A stretch of 64,000 nt of DNA, taken from Octopus vulgaris. Its lineage: Eukaryota. A program made the translations under genes and the position numbers. The notes beneath the pieces are model-generated. The model was not told the origin of the DNA, made no database searches, and saw only the letters and a program-made list of their open reading frames with translations. Positions 22,474 through 34,000 of the stretch are shown piece after piece. The stretch spans positions 47,678,001-47,742,000 of the forward strand of contig OX597823.1 in the NCBI GenBank assembly GCA_951406725.2, given 5' to 3'. Within the stretch, counting starts at the first letter, position 1; each line of letters begins with the position of its first letter.

Positions 22474-23889
22474 ATGGACTATGAGTCTCTAACAGACTTG
22501 TCCACGACAGATGAGGAACTGGAACAGGCAATTGAAGTGAAGCTGATGGAAGAAAAGGCTGGAGTTTTCGAGTCTTTATCAGACCTGCCTACGTCTGAGA
22601 AGGAGCTAGAAATGGCAGCAAGGAATTTGGAAGAGAAGCTGGGTTATACCTATGCCGGTGTAACCAAGAAGGCGGAAGAGAAAGGGGTCGACATGGCCAA
22701 GTTGGCAAGTTACCAGAAATACATGAAAAAGGAAAGCGGTGAGGTGGAACTATCACCGACACCCAGGAGAAAAGAATGGTATGATAAGAGGACCATTATT
22801 TACAGGGTGTTCGCAAACGAAAGGAAGAGGGTAGAAGTTGTAACCATGGAATGGATAGAGGAAGCCCTGCGAAGAACTGAGGAGGAAATAAATTTTCTGA
22901 CTCGAGGATCCAAGTACGGTACCGTAGTTGTGCATTTCAAAACTGAGTCTGCAGCGAGGAAGATGGCGGCGAAGGCGGTGAAGTCAGAAAAGGTAACCCT
23001 ATTACCTACGTATTTAAACAGGAGGATTACACGAATAAGGGTGGAGGGAGTGCCACCAAACGTGGAGGCAGAATGGATTGTGGCGGCTGTGATCAGCGGC
23101 CACGAGGACGAGGTGGATATTCTCCATGCCTCGGTTAAGTCCGAGGGCTGGAGAGGCGTAACAGTGGAGCTGAACGTACAGGCAGAGACCGAGGTACTGG
23201 TGGACCTGACGGAAAGCATCAGACTGGGAGACGTGATCATGAGAGTGTGGGTGGAGGGCAGGGCTCCACGTTGTTACAAGTGTGGCCTGAGGGGTCACAT
23301 AAGAGCCTTCTGCCCTCCCCCAGGGAAAGAAATGGATTCCGAACCAGAGAGAGAGAAGCAGAAACCAGAGGAGAAGGAAACAGAGGAAGAGAATACACAG
23401 AAATGGAAGGAAGCTGGAAGTAAGAGGAAGAGAAGAATACGTGGAAAAGAAAATAATATGGAACTCCAATCTACCCCAAAACCACCCACACCCTCTGAGT
23501 CCCACCCTATCCATGCAGACATTGAACCCACCCGCTCCCCCCCAACAAGAAAACAAAAGAAAAAAAAGAATACACACACACAAGAGATTGAAATCGAACC
23601 CAGGCCGTACATTTGTACTATGACTGAACAGAGGGAAGTTAAAAGTCTAATGGAAGAGTATAAATGGTATGATGTTGGAGAGACTAGGTATGCTGTGATT
23701 GAAAAGAAGAACATAGGTGAGTTTATGGGGAGGTGTGAAAGGGAGAATTGGGAGGTGAAAGATATAAGAATGAGCGATGAATTCGTGGAAAATATGAATG
23801 AGTATTTCGGAGTAAGAATGGATATGGAATTTATTCGTATTGGCAAAGAACATTCAAGTGACTATGAAAAACAAAGGACAGGTAAGTGA
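22474..23889 (+). CDS. Family B ORF1-like protein, 471 aa, intact (unit 14)
   Basis: ATG 22474 (MDYESL), TYAGVT, RGSKYGTVVVHF, CCHC knuckle. Confidence 0.85.
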   Translation: MDYESLTDLSTTDEELEQAIEVKLMEEKAGVFESLSDLPTSEKELEMAARNLEEKLGYTYAGVTKKAEEKGVDMAKLASYQKYMKKESGEVELSPTPRRKEWYDKRTIIYRVFANERKRVEVVTMEWIEEALRRTEEEINFLTRGSKYGTVVVHFKTESAARKMAAKAVKSEKVTLLPTYLNRRITRIRVEGVPPNVEAEWIVAAVISGHEDEVDILHASVKSEGWRGVTVELNVQAETEVLVDLTESIRLGDVIMRVWVEGRAPRCYKCGLRGHIRAFCPPPGKEMDSEPEREKQKPEEKETEEENTQKWKEAGSKRKRRIRGKENNMELQSTPKPPTPSESHPIHADIEPTRSPPTRKQKKKKNTHTQEIEIEPRPYICTMTEQREVKSLMEEYKWYDVGETRYAVIEKKNIGEFMGRCERENWEVKDIRMSDEFVENMNEYFGVRMDMEFIRIGKEHSSDYEKQRTGK

Positions 23890-24200
23890 TGCTGACGGAC
23901 GGGGCCGTTGGTATCGCTTTCATTTTATCATTTTTTCGTTTAACAATTCATTTTCATAAAGTTTAATTATAATGTTCTATGTCCCCATGTTTTGTTATGT
24001 CCGCCATTCTTCGTAGCCCCTTAGTGGGTAATAAAGAAATCAGATTTGAACTCCGCGGTCGTGTTTTGAAAATTTACCCACGTGTGTTGTTATCTGTGAC
24101 TAGACAGTGAAATTTTGTTGTGTAAATTGATTATTATCGCGCGAGGCGCTTGCCTCCACGTGTGGAAACCTTCCGAAGAAGGTGAATTGACCCTCTAGTC

Positions 24201-25610
24201 ATGGCGACTTACGCGGGGGTCACGGGAAGGAAAAATAATGATTCGTCGATAATCGTGAAGGATGTTTTCTTTGAGAAGAGTAAACTCAAAGAATATGAAA
24301 AGCTATTCAAAAGGGAGGGTGATAGCGTGAAGCTAATCCCCCCCGCGAAAGCAAAAGAGGACAAAGAAAACAAGACTGTAACATATAGAACCCAAGACAA
24401 AAATACAAAGAAACTGGCAAGAGTGGAGATAGCAGAAATCGAAAAATGTCTGGGAGACATAATGGGGAAATCGACCTACGTGAGTAGAGGCAAGAAATTT
24501 GGTACGGTGGAGGTGAGATGTGCAACGGAAGAAATTGCAGCCTCACTGGCTACCACTGTACTAAGAGCGGAAACATTTATAATGTGGCCCTCATACAAGG
24601 GAAGAAGAGGGGTCCGGGTTAAAATCCCGAATATACCCCCAGAAGTAAAAACAGAATGGCTGGCAACAGCTATTCTAGGAGCAGCAGAAGAGGAAGTGGA
24701 GGTGGAATCCTTTAAGGAGTCCAACGCGATAAACTGGAGAGGATATGGGGTAGAACTGTGTTTGATGGCCACAAAAGAGGACATTGAAAGGTTCCCCTAC
24801 AGAATAGAAATTGAAGATGAGAAAACCCTCAGTGTAATTGTAGAGGGAAGAAAGCCAAACTGCTACTTGTGCGGGACAAGGGGGCACATTAAAAAAGAGT
24901 GCCCGTTATACGAATTCGTAGCGGAGTGCGAGCAGGAACTCGAAGAAAAGAAGAATACGGTAAATGAAAAAGAAAACATAGAAAAGGAAACAAAACAACA
25001 AGAGAAAGGAAATAATAAGTCAATGAAGGAAAAAGAAATAAAAGAAAAGAAAGAAATAGAACCAAAACAGAGTCAGGAAAAAAAAAAAAAGGAAAAAGAA
25101 ACAACAGGAAAAAAACAAGAGAGAGATCAGAATCAAACGAAAAGAAAAGACGACACACAAAAAGAAAAAGAAAAGGAACATAAAACACGAGAGAAAGAGA
25201 GAACAGACAAAGAACCAAAAAAACAAGAGAAGGAAGGAGAAAGAAAAGAAGGCAAAAAGAGAGAAAGAGAGAAACAAAGAGAGGAGAACAAGGAAGAAAT
25301 AAGCCCGAAAAGAAAAATGAAGGAAAACGTAGGACGGAAACAAGATTACTGCTTCTACAAGTTAGTAACCTTCCATTTCTGCCCTGAAATGAAGGATTTG
25401 ACAAGTAATACGGAGGGACATGTGTGGGTCAACAGGATGACCGATCAGTGGCAGGAGACTGCTCTTATCCCCGAAGAAAGAGTCGCTGAGTTCCTCAGAG
25501 CTGCCGGTGAGAGTGTAACATTTTACACGAGTGTTCGAGTGAGAGAGCGGCTGCCTGAGGGCTCAGTGATAGACTTTAGAGAATTGAAAACTATCATGGA
25601 ATATGTATAG
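24201..25610 (+). CDS. Family D ORF1-like protein, 469 aa, intact (unit 15)
   Basis: MATYAGVT, RGKKFGTVEVRC, knuckle CYLCGTRGHIKKEC, long K/E-rich tract, distinct C-terminal domain. Confidence 0.85.
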   Translation: MATYAGVTGRKNNDSSIIVKDVFFEKSKLKEYEKLFKREGDSVKLIPPAKAKEDKENKTVTYRTQDKNTKKLARVEIAEIEKCLGDIMGKSTYVSRGKKFGTVEVRCATEEIAASLATTVLRAETFIMWPSYKGRRGVRVKIPNIPPEVKTEWLATAILGAAEEEVEVESFKESNAINWRGYGVELCLMATKEDIERFPYRIEIEDEKTLSVIVEGRKPNCYLCGTRGHIKKECPLYEFVAECEQELEEKKNTVNEKENIEKETKQQEKGNNKSMKEKEIKEKKEIEPKQSQEKKKKEKETTGKKQERDQNQTKRKDDTQKEKEKEHKTREKERTDKEPKKQEKEGERKEGKKREREKQREENKEEISPKRKMKENVGRKQDYCFYKLVTFHFCPEMKDLTSNTEGHVWVNRMTDQWQETALIPEERVAEFLRAAGESVTFYTSVRVRERLPEGSVIDFRELKTIMEYV

Positions 25611-25999
25611 AACTGTGAGAAGAGAGAGAAGAAAGAAGAAAAAAAAAAAAATATTGTGAAATATATGTGACGAAAATGTAACCTCTCGATTCCGGGGATC
25701 GAGTGGGCATTTACATCTCATTGTAAATATTCTTTCATATGTCATTTTTTACTTTTATTTTTTCCTTTTCTTGTCATTCGCTTTCTTATTTTAAGTTCCC
25801 CGATTGTACTGTTCCATCTATGTTCGCCCCTTGTGGGTAATAATAAAATCTCCGCGGTCGTGTTTTGAAAATTTACCCACGTGTGTTGTTATCTGTGACT
25901 AGACAGTGAAATTTTGTTGTGTAAATTGATTATTATCGCGCGAGGCGTTTGCCTCCACGTGTGGAAACCTTCCGAAGAAGGTGAATTGACCCTCTAGTC

Positions 26000-27407
26000 A
26001 TGGCGACTTACGCGGGGGTCACGGGAAGGAAAAATAATGATTCGTCGATAATCGTGAAGGATGTTTTCTTTGAGAAGAGTAAACTCAAAGAATATGAAAA
26101 GCTATTCAAAAGGGAGGGTGATAGCGTGAAGCTAATCCCCCCCGCGAAAGCAAAAGAGGACAAAGAAAACAAGACTGTAACATATAGAACCCAAGACAAA
26201 AATACGAAGAAACTGGCAAGAGTGGAGATAGCCGAAAATGAAAAATGTCTGGGAGACATAATGGGGAAAACAACCTACGTGAGTAGAGGCAAGAAATTTG
26301 GTACGGTGGAGGTGAGATGTGCAACGGAAGAAATTGCAGCCTCACTGGCTACCACTGTACTAAGAGCCGAAAAATTTACAATGTGGCCCTCATACAAGGG
26401 AAGAAGAGGGGTCCGGGTTAAAATCCCGAATATACCCCCAGAAGTGAAAAACAGAATGGCTGGCAACAGCTATTCTAGGAGCAGCAGAAGAGGAAGTGGA
26501 GGTGGAATCCTTTAAGGAGTCCAACGCGGTAAACTGGAGAGGATATGGGGTAGAACTGTGTTTGATGGCCACAAAAGAGGACATTGAAAGGTTCCCCTAC
26601 AGAATAGAAATTGAAGATGAGAAAACCCTCAGTGTAATTGTAGAGGGAAGAAAGCCAAACTGCTACTTGTGCGGGACAAGGGGGCACATTAAAAAAGAGT
26701 GCCCGTTATACGAATTCGTAGCGGAGTTCGAGCAGGAACACGAAGAAAAGAAGAATACGGTAAATGAAAAAGAAAACATAGAAAAGGAAACAAAACAACA
26801 AGAGAAAGGAAATAATAAGTCAATGAAGGAAAAAGAAATAAAAGAAAAGAAAGAAATAGAACCAAAACAGAGTCAGGAAAAAAAAAAGGAAAAAGAAACA
26901 ACAGGAAAAAAACAAGAGAGAGATCAGAATCAAACGAAAAGAAAAGACGGCACACAAAAAGAAAAAGAAAAGGAACATAAAACACGAGAGAAAGAGAGAA
27001 CAGACAAAGAACCAAAAAGACAAGAGAAGGAAGGAGAAAGAAAAGAAGGCAAAAAGAGAGAAAGAGAGAAACAAAGAGAGGAGAACAAGGAAGAAATAAG
27101 CCCGAAAAGAAAAATGAAGGAAAACGTAGGACGGAAACAAGATTACTGCTTCTACAAGTTAGTAACCTTCCATTTCTGCCCTGAAATGAAAGACTTGACA
27201 TGTAATACGGAGGGACATATATGGGTCAACAGGATGACCGATCAGTGGCAAGAGCCTGCTCTAATCCCCGAAGAAAGAGTCGCTGAGTTCCTCAGAGCTG
27301 CCGGAGAGAGTGTAATATTTTACACGAGTGTTCGAGTGAGAGAGCGGCTGCCTGAGGGCTCAGTGATGGACTTTAGAGAATTGAAAGCTATTATGGAATA
27401 TGTATAG
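26000..27407 (+). pseudogene. Family D ORF1-like copy with frameshift (unit 16)
   Basis: Extra A at ~26447-26451 splits the ORF into two track entries. Confidence 0.75.
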
Positions 27408-27786
27408 AATTGTGAGAAGAGAGAGAAGAAAGAAGAGAAAAAAATGAAAATTTTGTGAAATATATGTGACGAAAATGTAACCTCTCGATTCCGGGGATCG
27501 AGTGGGCATTTACATCTCATTGTAAATATTCTTTCATATGTCATTTTTTACTTTTATTTTTTCCTTTTCTTGTCATTCGCTTTCTTATTTTAAGTTCCCC
27601 GATTGTATTGTCCCCTCTATGTTCGCCCCTTGTGGGTAGTAATAAAATCACGTGTCGGAAATCTATGCGTGTTGTTATCTGTGACTAGACGGTTGAAATT
27701 TTGTTGTGTAAATTGATTAATATCGCGCGAGGCGTTTGCCTCCACGTGTGGAAACCTTCCGAAGAAGGTGAATTGACCCTCTAGTC

Positions 27787-29189
27787 ATGGCGACTTACGC
27801 GGGGGTCACCGGGAAAAATAATGATTCGTCGATAATCATAAGGATGTTTTCTTTGAGAAGGATAAACTCAAAGAATATGAAAAGCTATTCAAAAGGGAGG
27901 GTGATAGCGTGAAGCTAATCCCCCCCGCGAAAGCAAAAGAGGACAAAGAAAGCAAGACAGTGACATACAGAACCCAAGACAAAAATACAAAGAAACTGGC
28001 AAGAGTGGAGATAGTCGAAATTGAAAAATGTCTGGGAGACATAATGGGGAAAACGAACCTACGTGAGTAGAGGCAAGAAATTTGGTACGGTGGAGGTGAG
28101 ATGTGCAACGGAAGAAATTGCAGCCTCACTGGCTACCACTGTACTAAGAGCCGAAAAATTTACAATGTGGCCCTCATACAAGGGAAGAAGAGGGGTCCGG
28201 GTTAAAATCCCGAATATACCCCCAGAAGTGAAAACAGAATGGCTGGCAACAGCTATTCTAGGAGCAGCAGAAGAGGAAGTGGAGGTGGAATCCTTTAAGG
28301 AGTCCAACGCGGTAAACTGGAGAGGATATGGGGTAGAACTGTGTTTGATGGCCACAAAAGAGGACATTGAAAGGTTCCCCTACAGAATAGAAATTGAAGA
28401 TGAGAAAACCCTCAGTGTAATTGTAGAGGGAAGAAAACCAAACTGTTACTTGTGTGGGACAAGGGGGCACATTAAAAAAGAGTGCCCGTTATACGAATTC
28501 GTAGCGGAGTGCGAGCAGGAACACGAAGAAAAGAAGAATACGGTAAATGAAAAAGAAAACATAGAAAAGGAAACAAAACAACAAGAGAAAGGAAATAATA
28601 AGTCAATGAAGGAAAAAGAAATAAAAGAAAAGAAAGAAATAGAACCAAAACAGAGTCAGGAAAAAAAAAAGGAAAAAGAAACAACAGGAAAAAAACAAGA
28701 GAGAGATCAGAATCAAACGAAAAGAAAAGACGGCACACAAAAGAAAAAGAAAAGGAACATAAAACACGAGAGAAAGAGAGAACAGACAAAGAACCAAAAA
28801 GACAAGAGAAGGAAGGAGAAAGAAAAGAAGGCAAAAAGAGAGAAAGAGAGAAACAAAGAGAGGAGAACAAGGAAGAAATAAGCCCGAAAAGAAAAATGAA
28901 GGAAAACGTAGGACGGAAACAAGATTACTGCTTCTACAAGTTAGTAACCTTCCATTTCTGCCCTGAAATGAAAGACTTGACATGTAATACGGAGGGACAT
29001 ATATGGGTCAACAGGATGACCGATCAGTGGCAAGAGCCTGCTCTAATCCCCGAAGAAAGAGTCGCTGAGTTCCTCAGAGCTGCTGGAGAGAGTGTAATAT
29101 TTTACACGAGTGTTCGAGTGAGAGAGCGGCTGCCTGAGGGCTCAGTGATGGACTTTAGAGAATTGAAAGCTATTATGGAATATGTATAG
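27787..29189 (+). pseudogene. Family D ORF1-like copy with several frameshifts (unit 17)
   Basis: Homologous to unit 15; indels near 27810, 28055 and 28740. Confidence 0.75.
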
Positions 29190-29663
29190 AATTGTGAGAA
29201 GAGAGAGAAGAAAGAAGAGAAAAAAAAAAAAAGAAAATTTTGTGAAATATATGTGACGAAAATGTAACCTCTCGATTCCGGGGATCGAGTGGGCATTTAC
29301 ATCTCATTGTAAATATTCTTTCATATGTCATTTTTTACTTTTATTTTTTCCTTTTCTTGTCATTCGCTTTCTTATTTTAAGTTCCCCGATTGTATTGTCC
29401 CATCTATGTTCGCCCCTTGTGGGTAGTAATAAAATCACGTGTCGGAAATCAATTTTTTGCGTTATTAGTAAGTTGATATATTTTTGCTCTCGTACTATTA
29501 TCTCTGTTATTATATACTGTTGGTCTACCTGTTTTGTCTATTGTTGTCTAACTGACGAAGTCAGCCTTCGCGTGAAGACTTCGCGTTGGTGTTCCCCCCT
29601 CCGTGGGGGAAAACTACAATTAATTTGGAATTACCAAAGGCTTGTTAAAGCCATTTGTTCAAG

Positions 29664-31041
29664 ATGGAGTCCCCCATCTCTTATTCGCCCGTGACGAGCG
29701 AGGATGAATACCCGGCGTTGTCGCCAAGAAAAAAAGAGGCGTTGTCGCCAAGAAAAAAAGAGGCGTTGTCGCCGAAGAAAAAAGAGGCGGCGTCGCCCAA
29801 GAAAATGGAAAAAACCAGTACCAGCATCAACTCCAGCAAAAAAATTCGCTGAAGTGGCTGGGAAAAAGATCAAAAAAATAAATATAGAAAATTTTGGAAA
29901 ATTTGCAGACTGTGTAAAAAAAGAAGGCACAGAAGTGACTGTGGCCACAAACATACAAAAACATGACGAGATAGAAAAAAAAGAATAATATATAAAACTT
30001 ACGACACAACGACAAAAATGATCCAAAAAATCGAAGAAAAAAAAATAGAGTTTTGTCTAAAACCTTTTATGGATAAAATAACGTATATAAACAGAGGAAA
30101 AAGATGCGGCACAGTGGAGGTGCGTTTTACTACGGAGGAGATAGCGAAGAAACTATCGATGGAGCCGATCAAAGCGGAAAACATTGTCTTACTACCATTG
30201 TATAAAGGAAAAAGGACGTCGAAAATTTCAATGAACAACATACCGCCAGAGGCAGATGCTGAATGTCTGGTGGCAGCAGTGATGGTAGGTCTGGAGGAAA
30301 AAATAAACATCCTCCAGGCCACAGTGGAGGAAGAGGAGTTTTGGAAAGGGCAAAAATAGTGATAGCCATTCAGGCGGAGGTGCAAACACTGGAAGAAATT
30401 CCAGAAACGGTAAAGATTAGTGAAGACGAGAAAATAACAGTGTTCGTGGAGGGCAGGAAGCCGAGGTGCTTCGGCTGCGGCAAGAAGGGTCATGTAAGGG
30501 CGGAATGCCAACCCCAACCCAAACCGCAGGAAGCACCTAAGCCAAAAGAAAAAGAAGATAATGTGTCACCAGAAGCAGCGTCGGACGGCCCAGAAGGGAA
30601 GACTGAAGGTGTGGAGGTGACGGTGACAGCAGAACCAGCGGCGGAGGAAAAAAAGAGCGAGGAAAAGATAAATGAGGAGGGGTGGGCAAAAATTACCGGA
30701 AAAAAAAAAGAAAAACGGAAACCACCCCTCCCAGAGTAATTTTAAAAAAGAAAAAAGAGTCAATGAACTCGTATATGGCCGTAAAGGCAGCAAATAGCAG
30801 ACTCGGAAACGTGTTGGCAGCCATGGCCAAAGTGGAGAAAGTAGTGAAAAAAAACGACTTTGTAATTTACAGAATAGACCGGAAGGATTACGGGCGGATA
30901 AAGTCAGAATTCTTCCATGACGTAGGCCCACTTAGATTGGATGTGACATCTCCACATATATTCGAGGGCCTACGTCAGACTCCCCCACGAGGCCCAGAAA
31001 AAGAGTTAGAAGAACAAGAGAAAACCGAACCACTGATATAA
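29664..31041 (+). pseudogene. LINE ORF1 (CCHC knuckle CFGCGKKGHVRAEC), broken by several frameshifts in A-runs
   Basis: Consecutive track fragments (29655-29852, 29704-29988, 30018-30359, 30263-30739, 30682-31041) join into a homolog of the upstream units (YINRGKRCGTVEVRF, VFVEGRKPRC). Confidence 0.8.
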
Positions 31042-31049
31042 GGTAAGTA

Positions 31050-34000
31050 ATGGATTACATTTATGTTGGTTGTTTGAATGTGCGCGGCCTGGGAGCAGGC
31101 TGGAAGCAAGGTCGCTTCCTGCATGATATCAGGTCGCGTAATTTAGATGTTATTGTTGCTACAGAAACCCGGTTAGAGGGGCCAAGAGGTCTACTCCCGC
31201 TGTTTGACGGCTACGAGAGTTTTTTCTCTCCTGGCAGTCCTACAGGCGGGAGTGGGGTGTTGGTCCTATTAAAAAGAAACCGGGTTTCTGAGAAAAAGTT
31301 AATTTTTGCAGATCCAGAAGGTAGGCTGGTCGTCATGGATTTGACGTTCAGTAATGGTAAAGTTATCAGACTGGTTGCAATTTACGCACCCAACCATACA
31401 GGGCAAAGTGATTATTTTCGTGAACTAGAAAACTTTCTTGGTACTTCGCATTCATTAGTGGTGCTAGGAGACTTTAACACAATTTGCAAAGCGGATGTAG
31501 ATTGTGTTGGCTCGCGTCCAGATAGAAAAGGCAACAGTGGCTTCATGGAACTGCTAAGCCGCTTTGAGCTAGCAGATCCTTATAGGCTGGAATTTCCGAA
31601 CGCTCCATTGTGGACATGGTCAAACAGCGACGGATCTTCCAGGTCATATTTAGATAGAATACTAATTAGAAAAGTAGACAGTAAAATAGCTAAGTGTCCA
31701 CAGTTTTACCCGATCAGCTACAGTGATCATAAAATGGTCACTTGTAAGCTTGACATAGATAAGGTTAAAAATAGAGGATCCGGTTACTGGAAACTTAATA
31801 CGTCCCTTTTGGCGATTAAGGAGTACAAAGACCGGATTAGGAATATAATTCAGAGGGCACTATCTGGTACCATCATTAATAACAAATGGTGGTACGCCCT
31901 CAAACGAGCCATCAAGTTTGAGTCTATTAGATATAGCATAGGAGTAGTGGCTAGAGAGGCTAGAAGGGAAACTACTCTAGTTAAGGAATTAGAGGAAGCC
32001 ATGAAAACTGGCTCTGCGGCTCAGGTGGCGTCCAAGAGACTGGTGTTAAACCAGCACCTCGAGGCCAAACACATGGGCTGCATTGTCAGGGCTAGAATCC
32101 GCCATATGGGATGTGAAGGAATCAACGCCGTGAGATGGGCCCGAGTGGTGGAAGCTCAGCATGGTAACGATGCCACGATTCGATCTTTGACGAACCAACA
32201 AGGTGAGTTGATAAACGAACCCGAGGAGATGTGTGAGGCCTTTCAGGAGCACTTCGCTCAGCTTTTCGGTGAGTGCGGCGGACTGGATAGGAGGAGGGCC
32301 TTTACGGACCTACTCGACGGTCTGCCGCGCTTATCGGGGCGAGATGCGGAGGGCTGTGAAGGGCCAATCACGCCTGAGGAGGTGGTTGAGGCAATGGCGG
32401 ACTGCGGCGCGGGCAAGGCGCCGGGTTTGGATGGTCTACCCTATGAGTTATATAAGAGTATGCCAGACTTGTTCGGGCACCTACTGGCGGAGGTCTATGC
32501 GAACTGGCAGCAGAACGGGCTTATACCCAGATCTGTGCGCCGGGGAGTAGTGACTCTCGTCAGAAAGGACCCGAGCAAGGGGGAGTGCATTGATAATTTC
32601 AGGCCCATCACTCTGCTAAACACAGAGTTGAAGATTTTGGCCAAAGTGTTATCGAAAAGATTGGCGCGTGTCGCGGATGGTCTGATCGGAGAGGCACAGA
32701 CATGTGCCGTTCCGGGCAGATCCATTCAGGATAATCTCCATCTAATGCGGTACACTATAGAGGGGTTTAATAGTGATTCTGGCAAGGGTGGGGCACTGGT
32801 CCATTTAGACCAATCTAAAGCTTTTGATAGGGTCGACCATCGTTACCTGGTATCTGCCCTGGCACAGTTCGGGCTGAGCCTTGGCTTCCTCAGGTGGATT
32901 ATCCAAATTTATGATAACATCGACTCGGTAGTTCGGGTGAACGGCTTCTTGTCGAAGCCGTTCAAAATCAAACGCTCGGTTCGTCAAGGGTGTCCGCTCT
33001 CCCCGCTTTTGTACGTGATGGCTCTTGAGCCATTACTGCGAAAACTGAGCGGCATCCCGAGACAGCCAGGTAATGGAAAATCAGTGTCAGCGTACGCGGA
33101 TGACATCACCATCATCGTAACCGAAATGGACCACCTATGTAAAGTAGGCAAGGCCATAGAGGTTTACGAGACGGTGACAGGAGCAAAAGTTAATCGCGAA
33201 AAGTCAGTCGGCTTGCAACTCGGCACCTGGAGAGGCAAGTCGATGCCTCCTGACAGCGTCGTGGGACGTTGGACGGAGGGTCCGATTAAACTGCTAGGGG
33301 TCTGGTTCGGTCCAGACCTCCAAATAGAGAAGAATTGGGGCGAGGTAACGAGCAAGGTGGCTGCAGTAGCCAAGACCTGGTCTTGGCGGTGGCTATCCCT
33401 GAAAGGGAGGGCGGAGGTGGCCAATGTGTTTATCGCATCGGTTATCACCTACCGCCTTTCCGTCGTTCCTTGCCCTGATTCGTGGTTGATCAAGTTGGAA
33501 AGACAGCTCTTCTACTTCTTGTGGAAGGGCGGGAAACCACTTGTGAAACGCTCTACTTGCTGTCAACAACCGTTAAAGGGTGGGCTAGGGATGCCTTGGC
33601 TGATGATGCGCAGACATGCGCTGAGGTTAAGACATCTGTGGCTCTACCTGGATGGTGAACGGGTGTGGTCTTCGCTAGCAAAACTGATGTTTCCCAAGTT
33701 CACTAGTTTCGGTGGATGGGAAACCTGGCTGAATCGTAGATCGAAACTTGGTACTTGGTACACGGAGTGTCGCAAGGCTCTCCTGCTATTCCGTCGCTCG
33801 GGCAACGCCTGCGGTGGGGGTTCCACCACATTCTTCTATAGAGGGTTGGTAGAGGCGGAATGTGAAGATACCTTGGGGGAAACCCTAGGTCTCGACGATA
33901 ATCAGCTGGCCAGTCTGTTCCGACGTACGTTCGAGCCGAGGACACTGGACAACTTCCAGAAGTCTCTGGCATGGCAATGCTACAGAGGAGCTCTACCTGT

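Larger units (their letters stand above)
1..29434 (+). mobile_element. Head-to-tail tandem array of ORF1-only (gag-like) non-autonomous non-LTR retroelement units. Unit starts at ~416, 2090, 3765, 5439, 7113, 8787, 10462, 12137, 13813, 15540, 17214, 18941, 20623, 22303, 24040, 25849, 27648; the array continues off the left edge
   Basis: The ~1674-1800 bp period is directly visible. Each unit = short 5' UTR + one 442-471 aa ORF with a CX2CX4HX4C knuckle + 3' UTR ending GCCCCTT(A)GTGGGTA..AATAAA, a terminus shared with the downstream LINE. Confidence 0.9.

Noticed and set aside
309-30931. Many minus-strand F/L/S-rich ORFs in the array
   Set aside because: Shadows of purine-rich plus-strand coding sequence with no recognisable motifs.
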